Of a stretch of 32,000 bases of DNA, positions 8,529-17,729 are shown one piece after another. The position numbers were made by a program, and so were the translations under genes. Position 1 is the first letter of the stretch, and each line of letters starts with the position of its first letter. This DNA comes from Promethearchaeia archaeon (GTDB taxonomy: Archaea; Asgardarchaeota; Lokiarchaeia; Sigyniarchaeales; SOKP01), in contig JAWOFX010000083.1 of NCBI GenBank assembly GCA_046497275.1, positions 1-32,000 of the forward strand, read 5' to 3'. The notes under the pieces are model-generated. The model was given only the letters and a program-made list of their open reading frames with translations. It ran no database searches and was not told where the DNA came from.

Positions 8529-9584
8529 CTATATTAAATCTTCAGAAGAAATTAGATTAAAAATTATATTCAAAACTTCTTCAATATTATACCCTGTCTT
8601 CACGGATGTGAAGAGAAATTTCCATTGTCTGTCTGAAATACGATCAAATTCAAAAAAATCAAAGATTTCTTGTTCAAGTCTATAAATTTGGGTTTTATCA
8701 ATATTTTTTCCATTAGAATGATTGACTAAGTCAATCTTATTTCCCAAAATAAGTAAGGGGACTTCTTTCAATTCATAACGATTGAGAATTTTCCAAAATT
8801 CTCTTTTAGACTCTTCAAATTGGAGTTGATTTGAAATATCAATCATAAATATTAAAATATTAGAATCTTGAAGACCTAGAAGCCATTTTTTTCTGAAAGT
8901 TCTTTGACCTGGCATATCCCATATTGAAAGAAAGCCATCTTTCTCTTTTACATATTCAATATTAAACTTTCTCGTTGGAGTAAAATAATTATCATTAAAT
9001 TTTCCTGTTTTTATTCTTCTTACTAAACTCGTCTTTCCAACCTCTTGTATTCCAAATAGAAACACTTTTACAAATATTTGTTCTTGATAATGAAATTCTA
9101 TTTGAGGTCTTTTTTCAACAACCTCATCCCCATATTTGCGTAGACTAATAAAAAGTGTAATCAGTAGGTTTTCGATTTCCATCTCATCTTCAAAACTAAA
9201 ACTAGTTTCAGTATTAAGATATTCATGGAGTTGTTCTAAAAAGATGTCTTTATAATCGTATGGATTATCTTCTTTTTCAAAAATTAATCCAAGACTAATT
9301 CTCTTGTTAATGGAAGTAGAGTATATATTTAATCCATCAATAATTTGGGGAACAGGGTCATTAATGATATAGCTATTATGTGAATTCCTATTTTTTAACG
9401 TGTGAGATTTCCCGTTATTTCGATCTCGATATTTATTGATTAAATCTCCATGATCTTGACTATAGATTATCTTTCGAATTAAATCCCTTTCTTCAATATT
9501 AATCGAAGAAGGATAGCTATAGATATTTAACTGATCCAGATCTGTCAGATTCTTACCCTTCAATAAAAAGATATTTAATAGCAA
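8529..9584 (-). CDS. Small GTPase (Arf-like) with N-terminal ~165-aa extension (longin-like)
   Basis: G1 GIQEVGKT, G2 PT, G3 WDMPGQ, G4 NKID, G5 TSVK. The longin call for the N-terminus is inference. Confidence 0.88.
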   Translation of the reverse strand: MLLNIFLLKGKNLTDLDQLNIYSYPSSINIEERDLIRKIIYSQDHGDLINKYRDRNNGKSHTLKNRNSHNSYIINDPVPQIIDGLNIYSTSINKRISLGLIFEKEDNPYDYKDIFLEQLHEYLNTETSFSFEDEMEIENLLITLFISLRKYGDEVVEKRPQIEFHYQEQIFVKVFLFGIQEVGKTSLVRRIKTGKFNDNYFTPTRKFNIEYVKEKDGFLSIWDMPGQRTFRKKWLLGLQDSNILIFMIDISNQLQFEESKREFWKILNRYELKEVPLLILGNKIDLVNHSNGKNIDKTQIYRLEQEIFDFFEFDRISDRQWKFLFTSVKTGYNIEEVLNIIFNLISSEDLI

Positions 9585-9793
9585 TTAAAGATCTAAGGAT
9601 GATTTAATTTCAATATTAATTTGGATAATTATAAAAAACTAAAAAGGTTTTTGAACTCTTAACAAATCATCTAATTTTTAGGAAAAAAGAGATAGTTTTA
9701 CGGAGTTAAAAAAATGGTGGATATCAAGAATTTTTTAAGCCTTTAGGGATAAAAATATTGATTATTATACTAACAGTTGGTTCTTCCAAACTT

Positions 9794-11173
9794 TTAAACG
9801 TCTGAATTTTCTTTGGATCCTTCGTCTTGCTCTTCTTGTTCTTCAGTCTCTTCCGAACTGACTGGAGTTCCACAAATTGGGCATTCAGTCCATCCTTCTC
9901 TCAAACCATAACCGCAGTTAGAACATTCCTTCATATTCTCTTCAGGCTCCCATTCTGGTATATCTAAGCCTCCTTGTCTCTTTTTAGCTAACTCTGTTAA
10001 TTCATCTTCTGTCCATACTTCCATTCCCTCGGGTAATCCTGAACCTCTCTCCTCTTTGATTTTTTGGAGTTCATCTTCTGTCCAAACTCCTACGCCCTCT
10101 GGGAGTGATGATGAGGCTCTCTTTCTAGATTCTTCAGCTAATTCTTCAGCAGTCCATTGCTTTAATTCCTGTCCTCCTGGAGTAGTCATTCCTGTCCCTT
10201 GTTGAGAAGGCTGACTCTGAGCAGGATCTTGTGAAGGACTTACTTCTAAAGAGGGAGCATCATAACAAGCTGCTGAAAGTCTTAAGGCAGATTCAAAACA
10301 AACCTCGAAATCTTTTTCTTTATTGGATTCATTCATAACCACAATTAAAGTTGTTTTATCTGAGGGTTGTGGCAAAGCGAGAGCCGAAATAGATATTTCT
10401 GAATCTATACGTCCTGACTCCAATCCAGAAGTTAAATTCTTCAGAACATTAAGTAAATCATCTCGATTCATTAAAAAATCGCAAATAGGTTCACCATGAC
10501 GTTGATACCCTTCATGATAACGGGCTAAATGACTTTTAGTTGCGGTTAATTCTAGAGATTCAAGAATTGCAGAGATATATGCAAAATTATATGATTTCTT
10601 AGCTTTCTCTTCAGATTCTTTAAATTCATAATCTAAATCCAGCTCCCCCATAATAGGTGCGAAAAGAGGATCCTCGTCCTTTAAATTTCCGAATATGGTT
10701 GTCTTAGAAATTACAGTCTTAATCTCTCCGTAATAAGCAATAATATCATCGTATAATTCAATTGAATCATCTTTTAAAATTATTTGAGGAGCAGTTCTGA
10801 ATAATACTTCCCCCCAAGGCATCTCTTTTACAGGGATGATCGCATAACATACCTTCTCAATATAATCTTCAAGTATTTTTTTATATTTCTTAAACAAATT
10901 ATTTAATTCTTTTTTCTCTTCCGCATTCTCTTCTTTCTCAATCTCCTCATTTACGCGATTTATGAATAATTTTAACGCTTCGTCATTTTTTTTAGCTACA
11001 CCTCCAAAATATTTTACTTCTCCCACAATATTATCTTCTAGAATGGATGTTGCATTAGTTAACATTTCTTTTTGAAATTTTGAAAGTTCATCCTTTGGAG
11101 TAAGAAATATATAATCGAGGATATCAAATTCAGACGTGTCAATTATTTCCTTAAACTTTTGTTGAACAGACAT
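9794..11173 (-). CDS. Hypothetical protein with WT(A/E)(E/D)EL repeats and a C-terminal zinc ribbon
   Basis: 459 aa; CSNC-x10-CPIC near the C-terminus; Q/P-rich linker; three internal repeats. Confidence 0.85.
   Translation of the reverse strand: MSVQQKFKEIIDTSEFDILDYIFLTPKDELSKFQKEMLTNATSILEDNIVGEVKYFGGVAKKNDEALKLFINRVNEEIEKEENAEEKKELNNLFKKYKKILEDYIEKVCYAIIPVKEMPWGEVLFRTAPQIILKDDSIELYDDIIAYYGEIKTVISKTTIFGNLKDEDPLFAPIMGELDLDYEFKESEEKAKKSYNFAYISAILESLELTATKSHLARYHEGYQRHGEPICDFLMNRDDLLNVLKNLTSGLESGRIDSEISISALALPQPSDKTTLIVVMNESNKEKDFEVCFESALRLSAACYDAPSLEVSPSQDPAQSQPSQQGTGMTTPGGQELKQWTAEELAEESRKRASSSLPEGVGVWTEDELQKIKEERGSGLPEGMEVWTEDELTELAKKRQGGLDIPEWEPEENMKECSNCGYGLREGWTECPICGTPVSSEETEEQEEQDEGSKENSDV
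9998..10156 (-). repeat. Intragenic repeat, three copies of WTxxEL at 23-24 aa spacing
   Basis: WTAEEL (10139-10156), WTEDEL (10067-10084), WTEDEL (9998-10015). The 15-mer ttcatcttctgtcca is identical in two copies. Confidence 0.8.
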
Positions 11174-11774
11174 TACTAAAACCCTATATTAATATTTATC
11201 GTGAAATTTGATGTTTCTAAGATCCTATCAAAAGGCAGATATAAAAATTTAAGTGATATTTTATAGTTCTTCGGATTATGAAATCCTTTAAAAATTCTTA
11301 AGAGAGTCTTGTAAGATAATTAAGATAATTTATAAAAATTAAGATAATATTAAAAATCAGATAAAGAATATTTAGAATTAACCGGATCAATTACCTTTTT
11401 ATTATACTTATTTTGATAAGAAAACCCACTTGAGGCGTTCCTATTCAATAGAATCAAATGAAGAAGTCAAATTTTAAATTTCCTACTTTTACTATGAAAA
11501 AAGGGAAAAGAAATTGAAAAATGTTCATCTACGTTTAAATTTAAAATAATTGAAATTTTTAATTTTTATAAATTCATATATTTAAATTTCATCCAATAAA
11601 TCTTAGTAAAATCTTAATATTTAAAGAATTAATGTCTTAATAGTATTTACTTAAATAATATTCGCAGAATTGCCAGAAAACGCTAAAAACATAGACATCG
11701 AGATGAAAATAAACATTTAAATATAATATCACAATAATATGTAATAATAAGAATTTATAATAAGGCGATAATAA

Positions 11775-12071
11775 ATGAAGATTGTGACGGTAAATGTACC
11801 AGAGTCATATCTCGACGCTATAGATAAATTAACGGGGAATAAGGGTCTATATCCTTCGCGCTCAGAACTTATTAGATGTGCAGTGAGGGATTTTTTATTA
11901 AAAGAGTTAAGTATGGCTAAAAAGCTCAAAAAATATACCATGAAGGGAGAAGATGGAGAAGACCTTCCTGAGAGTGATTATGTACGTATACCAGTAAGTA
12001 GCAAGAATGAAAAAAGTGAATCTATTAATGATTTTAAAACGTATAAAATCATTAGGAGACTTGAATATTAG
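11775..12071 (+). CDS. Ribbon-helix-helix (CopG/MetJ/Arc) transcriptional regulator
   Basis: [17 protein letters not shown]...[16 protein letters not shown]: RHH beta-strand plus SRSELIR motif. Confidence 0.9.
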   Translation: MKIVTVNVPESYLDAIDKLTGNKGLYPSRSELIRCAVRDFLLKELSMAKKLKKYTMKGEDGEDLPESDYVRIPVSSKNEKSESINDFKTYKIIRRLEY

Positions 12072-12410
12072 AGGGTTGGAAAGGATTAAATTTTTCACTT
12101 ATTATTTTTTCTTAATATTTTCTTTATATCTTTTTTTTCTTTCGATTCATAACTTTAATTTGCTTTGAAAAATAAAACCTATCTTTAACATCCTTAAAGA
12201 AAAAGATTTTGTATGAAATATTTTTAAATTGAATTTTTAAAAGGTCTTTAAAATGTTCAGACAAAGTTTACGAGCATTAATAAATAATTAAAATATTTTT
12301 AATGTATAATACTTTGAAAATCCTAATTTTGGAAATGTGATTTCGATTTTAAAAGATATTTTACACGTTCTTTTAAATTATTTAAGTTCCATTAGATAAA
12401 AAAAATTAAG

Positions 12411-13271
12411 ATGTATAATAATTTATATTTAATAATGAACAACAATAGAAAATGGGTATTGATAACGGGAGCAAGTACAGGAATCGGTCGAGCTTCTGCG
12501 AAATATCTTGCCAACAACGGGTTCAACGTATTCGGAGGTGTGAGGAATGAAACCGATTTTCAAGATATAGCAAAATTAGCAAATATTCACCCAATTAAGC
12601 TTGATGTGACAATTACAGCGTCTATTCAAAATGCCTTCAATACTATCAAGAATCAAAATATCGATCTTTATGCTCTTATAAATAATGCGGGTATCGCACG
12701 AGCGGGTCCTCTAATGGATCTCCCCATTCAAGACCTTAGAGAGCAATTTGATGTAAATGTGTTCGGAGTTCATAGAGTGACGAGAACGTTCTTTCCCCTC
12801 CTTAATAAGAAAATAGGGAGAATAATAATGATCAGTAGTGATAGTGGATTTTTCGCAACACCTTTTTTTGGTCCATATTGTGCGAGTAAGTTTGCATTAG
12901 AGGGATATAGCGATTCGTTACGGAGAGAATTATTGCTCTGTGAAATGAAGGTAATTCTAATCCAACCAGGTCGGGTAAAGACTCCTATCTGGGATAAAGG
13001 TAAAAGCTTGTTAGAACGTGAAGGGAAATCATTTTTTATGAAGTATGCAAAAAAACTGGGTGAAGAGGCTATAGAGAAGGGAAAAACTAAAGGACTTCCA
13101 CCAAGAGAGGTGGCAAGGGTTGTTCATAAAGCATTAACAAAAAAGAACCCGAAATTACGATATTTAATTGCTCCAAGTACCTTTAAATATCGCTTAATAA
13201 AACTTCTCCCTGAAAAATGGGTTGATAAGATGGTCAAGAAAGAATATGAAAAAATTGAAGAAAAATTATAA
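12411..13271 (+). CDS. Short-chain dehydrogenase/reductase (17-beta-HSD/RDH-like)
   Basis: TGASTGIG, NNAG, YCASK. The true start may be the downstream ATG (MNNNRKW). Confidence 0.95.
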   Translation: MYNNLYLIMNNNRKWVLITGASTGIGRASAKYLANNGFNVFGGVRNETDFQDIAKLANIHPIKLDVTITASIQNAFNTIKNQNIDLYALINNAGIARAGPLMDLPIQDLREQFDVNVFGVHRVTRTFFPLLNKKIGRIIMISSDSGFFATPFFGPYCASKFALEGYSDSLRRELLLCEMKVILIQPGRVKTPIWDKGKSLLEREGKSFFMKYAKKLGEEAIEKGKTKGLPPREVARVVHKALTKKNPKLRYLIAPSTFKYRLIKLLPEKWVDKMVKKEYEKIEEKL

Positions 13272-13535
13272 ATTGTTCATCTAAGTTTAAATAGAAAATA
13301 GAGGAAAAAAGTTTTGTTTATAAATCGAAATGGCGATACGTTAAGCCATTTCATATGAGGAAAAATAGAGTATTTAAAAAATTAATACTTTAATAAATAA
13401 TACTTAAATATCTAACAAGATTATATATGATTCTTTTACAAATTCCGTCATATTAATCCGATAAAGACAAATCTTATATACTATAGTTTAATAAAATATA
13501 TTATAAAAAAAGTATGTGAATTAAGGCGATTTAAT

Positions 13536-13826
13536 TTGAAGATTGTTACTGTAAATGTTCCAGAGTCATATATAGATGTAATTGGTAGGTTGGTTGGAGA
13601 GAATGGTCTTTACCCTTCTAGGTCAGAATTAATAAGATGTGCCGTTCGAGAATTTTTAATAAAAGAGTTAAAAATGGCCAAAAGTATTCAAAAATATAAT
13701 ACTAAGTCAGAAATGCAACATTTCGATGATAAGAAGTATGTGAGAGTTCCTGTAGAGGATTTAAATGAAGATGAGCCCGTAAGAGAATTTAAAACCTATA
13801 AAATTATTAAAAGATTAGAATATTGA
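13536..13826 (+). CDS. Ribbon-helix-helix regulator, paralog of 11775-12071 (TTG start)
   Basis: [11 protein letters not shown]...[16 protein letters not shown]...YVRVP...FKTYKIIKRLEY. Confidence 0.9.
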   Translation: MKIVTVNVPESYIDVIGRLVGENGLYPSRSELIRCAVREFLIKELKMAKSIQKYNTKSEMQHFDDKKYVRVPVEDLNEDEPVREFKTYKIIKRLEY

Positions 13827-14101
13827 AAAAATTACAAAGATTTTAATTAATGGTATTTTATTCCAAAGATGTTATTCTCTCTATTTTTTTTATTTTTATC
13901 ACCAGATAAATAATTTTATGTTTTCACAGAGTTCTTTGCTTATTGATTGAAAATATGAAATTTGTTCAAAAATAGCATAGATCTATTTAATCTATGAATT
14001 TAAAATAAAAACTATAAAAATTAGTAAGTTATAATTAATTACATAAATGTTATTAATTATGCTCATAGTATAGCAGAAAACACCAAACTCAATACCAAGA
14101 C

Positions 14102-14983
14102 ATGATATTGCTTTTATATTTCGATAGAACATTAGGACCTCGGGTATTTTTAACGAGTCCAAGCGATTTAGCAGAGAATTTGGAAAAACAAAATGTAAAC
14201 AAAATCAAATCACTTCTTGATTCGGGAGAAGAGGGCTTTTTCTCACATTATTTTTCGCAAGAATTAAAGACTGCCAATTGGATTTTTAAAATTAAATCAG
14301 ATTGGGCGAGAGGGAGACGTGAAATGCTTATGATTACTATTATAGCTCCAGAAGAAGAGCCAGACTTTTCTTATTATGAAGAATTGTTATCGAAATTTAT
14401 TGGAAAAATAAAGGGAACTTCAGGTATTTTCAAAGGTCTTTATATAGATTCGCAAATAGAGGGAGAAATGAATCAAATCCAAAAATCCTATCAAATACTA
14501 AAAGAAGAAGTAAATAACTTATATAAAATCGTTTCAGTAAAAGTAATTGAAACCGAAGGAGATCTAATATCTCTCGAGACTCTTAAAAAGAGAAGAAAGA
14601 TTGATCTTTCAAGCCAAGTTATAAATAGAATTAGCAAGATTTCCAATAGTGCTGAAAATTGTTTTATTGTTTTTAGAACGAGAGGAGAATCCACAAAAAT
14701 CGACATTATACCAGTTAAGACTGAAAAAGTAATCCGGTTAGCCATAATATTTGGTGAACAGATGACAGTCCGGATTGTCCAGCAAATTGGTCAAATTTTT
14801 ACTAGATATGAAGATTCTGTGTCATTAATATTTACTTCAGGGATATGTCAAGAGATAGATAGGTGTATTTATGAAGTTTATATTGATCCAAATATGGAAA
14901 AATTAAACAATATTATCGAAGAGATCTATAAAATCGAGGGAGTACTTTCGATTGAAGTAAAATTAATAGATATTGATAATTAA
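14102..14983 (+). CDS. Multi-domain protein: N-terminal longin/DENN-like, C-terminal ACT-like
   Basis: LLYFDRTLGP N-terminal motif; the C-terminal ~80 aa end in KIEGVLSIEV as in ACT domains. Domain calls are inference. Confidence 0.6.
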   Translation: MILLLYFDRTLGPRVFLTSPSDLAENLEKQNVNKIKSLLDSGEEGFFSHYFSQELKTANWIFKIKSDWARGRREMLMITIIAPEEEPDFSYYEELLSKFIGKIKGTSGIFKGLYIDSQIEGEMNQIQKSYQILKEEVNNLYKIVSVKVIETEGDLISLETLKKRRKIDLSSQVINRISKISNSAENCFIVFRTRGESTKIDIIPVKTEKVIRLAIIFGEQMTVRIVQQIGQIFTRYEDSVSLIFTSGICQEIDRCIYEVYIDPNMEKLNNIIEEIYKIEGVLSIEVKLIDIDN

Positions 14984-15025
14984 ATTTATTAACTGAAAAT
15001 AGTTAAAAATGGTGAGAAATTAAGA

Positions 15026-16264
15026 ATGGTGAGATTTATGGAGTGGGGCCTTATCGATAAGGAAAATTTTAAGGGAAAGAATACCTTCGATATTCCAATA
15101 AAAAGATGGGATCCCCTTTCTACCGTAGAAATTTCTACCAAAGATTTTGGGGCACATAATAGACAGAGGAGATACCATGGCCATTATGCTTATTTAAGCC
15201 CGATCAGAGGAAAAAGACCCAAAGGATTCAAAACTCCCGAAAAGAAAAGTCAGTTATTAGATTGTTCAGAGATTATACTTTCTAAAACTAAAGATATCTT
15301 TACGAGTATCACTGAAGGAGAACCCATTTTCGATGATGATGGTAATCAAATTGGTGATGGATATACAATAATAATATGTGAAGATACAAAGCGCAGAGAC
15401 AATCCTTTTTCTGATGAGCCTCACAAAATCAAAAAAGTATCTGAAAATACTAAAGCAGTTACATTAATAAATAGATATCCCGCTATGGCTCGTGTAGTGG
15501 ATCCTATAGTAGAAAACTATATCAGAAATAATTTACCTCGACATTTGAAACTTGCAAGAGGGATTAATTTAGTGACTATCTCACGAGACTTTTATCCTTC
15601 GATGTGTTTTAGGTTAATTCCAAAAGAAATTTTGACTGCGATATTATTATCAATGAAAGAAGCTATTCTATACTGTGTTCAAGAAGCCATTCAAAAAGAT
15701 TATTATGATATTCCAGTGACTCCTTTCTTTAATATCGGTATGAAAGTAGGGGGGAGCCAGCCAAGGATTCATGGGCAAGTATATATAGATTTAAGTATGG
15801 ATGGACATGGTAGTCGTTTGGAGAATTATCTGAATGCATTTAAAGAAATGAAAATATGTCATTTATGCGAAACGACCCACGGAAATACAGATCGAATTAT
15901 TTTAAAAACAAAATATTGGACATTTTACACCTCAGGCAGTCCAGTGAGAAATTATCATGTACGATTTCACCCAAATGAGCATGTTCGTAGATTTACACAA
16001 TTAAATATCAATCAACTTTCAGAATTAGCAGATAATTTGAAGAAATTGCTTCAAGCTATGGATGATATTGATATTGACAAAAATAGGAATATTATGATGA
16101 ATTGTTGTCCCTTTCATTATGATGCTGATTTCCATCTCTTTGGAGATATAATCCCCCATGAAATTATTGGAGGAGCAGAAATGGCTGAGGATATGAGGGT
16201 TGCGAGAAAATTACCTAATATAGCCGCTGCAGAGATTCGTGATGCTATAGAGAAGTATATATAA
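15026..16264 (+). CDS. GalT-like (HIT superfamily) nucleotidyltransferase
   Basis: RGKRP, NRYPA, FNIGMKVGGSQPRIHGQ (cf. GalT FENKG..MGCSNPHPHGQ), CHLCE. Confidence 0.75.
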   Translation: MVRFMEWGLIDKENFKGKNTFDIPIKRWDPLSTVEISTKDFGAHNRQRRYHGHYAYLSPIRGKRPKGFKTPEKKSQLLDCSEIILSKTKDIFTSITEGEPIFDDDGNQIGDGYTIIICEDTKRRDNPFSDEPHKIKKVSENTKAVTLINRYPAMARVVDPIVENYIRNNLPRHLKLARGINLVTISRDFYPSMCFRLIPKEILTAILLSMKEAILYCVQEAIQKDYYDIPVTPFFNIGMKVGGSQPRIHGQVYIDLSMDGHGSRLENYLNAFKEMKICHLCETTHGNTDRIILKTKYWTFYTSGSPVRNYHVRFHPNEHVRRFTQLNINQLSELADNLKKLLQAMDDIDIDKNRNIMMNCCPFHYDADFHLFGDIIPHEIIGGAEMAEDMRVARKLPNIAAAEIRDAIEKYI

Positions 16265-16545
16265 TTTGATTTATATTCTCTGAATTTAAATAGATAAAGA
16301 ATATATAAATTTCGAGAATGGGCATATAATTGGATGAATTTAATATTATTTATTTATCTGTTTTTACACAAAAATTTTTAAGACATTGTTTTATTTATTG
16401 GATATCCATTTGAATTATTTTTCAATTTAAAAATCTATATTTAGATAATATAGCTTTTTTAAGTTTAAAAATCGAAATAAAATAGTAATATTATTATTTT
16501 CTTCTTTATAGCGAACTTATTAATTAGAAAAGATGGTAATTAGAT

Positions 16546-17703
16546 ATGGCAAATCAAGACTCTTGGTCTGCAGTAATATTAGCTGGGGGGCTAGGAACTC
16601 GTTTGAAACCTTTGACAAGCGAAGTTCCGAAACCGCTTGTCCCCGTCACAAATGTTAATATGGTTGATTATGCCATCGCACATTTAATATATGCGGATAT
16701 AAAATATATATTAGTCGCTCTCGCCTATATGGGAGAGAATTTAAAAAATTATATAGAGCGCACTTGGACTCCAGAAAAACTTGGGGATGTAGAATTAGAA
16801 TGTGTGATACAAGAAAGCAAGGGTACAGCAGATGCGGTGCGATTGATGACGGATAAAATTCAATCAAAGAATTTTGTTGTGTCAATGGCCGATATCGTGA
16901 CTAATTTACCGATGCGTAAATTTATGGACTTTCATGAAAGTAAGGAAGGAATAGCAACGATCTCTATGAAATCGGTGGAATCTCATACTTCACAATATGG
17001 TGTTGTTTTATTGGATAAGAATCGTAAAATATATCTTTTTTTAGAAAAACCTGGGCCTATGGAATTATATGTTAGTAGTATGGCTCAAAGAAATGATCTT
17101 TATCTTCACACAAATGTAATTAACACAGGAATTTATTGTTTTAATCGAGATATTTTTAATGTATTAAACTCTACTGATATGATGGATTTTGGCGGGGAAG
17201 TATTTCCCTATTTATTAGAAAATCAATATGACCTATATGGTTTTGTAAAGGATTATTACTGGTTAGATTGTGGGAATCCTCAGACATATTTATGGGCGAA
17301 TTGGGATCTATTAAGAAAATATGCGTGGCCAATAACACCAAATGGAAAAGAGTACGATGGTATCTTTGTTATGGGCATTATTAACTCAGGCGAAGGAGTA
17401 AGGATCGAAAAACCTAGTTGTTTTGGGGAATACGTGCAATTGGGACAGAATGTTAAGATAAAGGAGTTGACATCCATAGGAAATAATGTGAGAATCGGGG
17501 ATGATACATCAATTGAGAGAAGTGTCGCGTGGGATAACGTTGAAATAGGTGCGGGTTGTGAAATTACCGAATCAATAGTCTGTAATGATTGTAAGATAGG
17601 AGATAATGTTATACTTGATAGAGCTATAATAGCGCCCCATTGTAAAGTAAGTAATGAAAAGGAATTAATCGATAAAACCCTAAACCTCGGAGAAGAAGTA
17701 TAA
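16546..17703 (+). CDS. NDP-sugar pyrophosphorylase (mannose/glucose-1-phosphate nucleotidyltransferase) with left-handed beta-helix
   Basis: ILAGGLGTRLKPLT, PKPLVP, FLEKP, NTGIY, DFGGEVFP, YWLDCG; C-terminal hexapeptide repeats. Confidence 0.93.
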   Translation: MANQDSWSAVILAGGLGTRLKPLTSEVPKPLVPVTNVNMVDYAIAHLIYADIKYILVALAYMGENLKNYIERTWTPEKLGDVELECVIQESKGTADAVRLMTDKIQSKNFVVSMADIVTNLPMRKFMDFHESKEGIATISMKSVESHTSQYGVVLLDKNRKIYLFLEKPGPMELYVSSMAQRNDLYLHTNVINTGIYCFNRDIFNVLNSTDMMDFGGEVFPYLLENQYDLYGFVKDYYWLDCGNPQTYLWANWDLLRKYAWPITPNGKEYDGIFVMGIINSGEGVRIEKPSCFGEYVQLGQNVKIKELTSIGNNVRIGDDTSIERSVAWDNVEIGAGCEITESIVCNDCKIGDNVILDRAIIAPHCKVSNEKELIDKTLNLGEEV

Positions 17704-17729
17704 TTCTCGTTAAAAGGAAGGAATAAATA

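Noticed and set aside
11174-11760. About 590-nt non-coding gap as a possible ncRNA or mobile-element scar
   Set aside because: Very AT-rich, with no convincing extended stem, terminal repeats, or tRNA/rRNA signature. It is consistent with a divergent promoter region.
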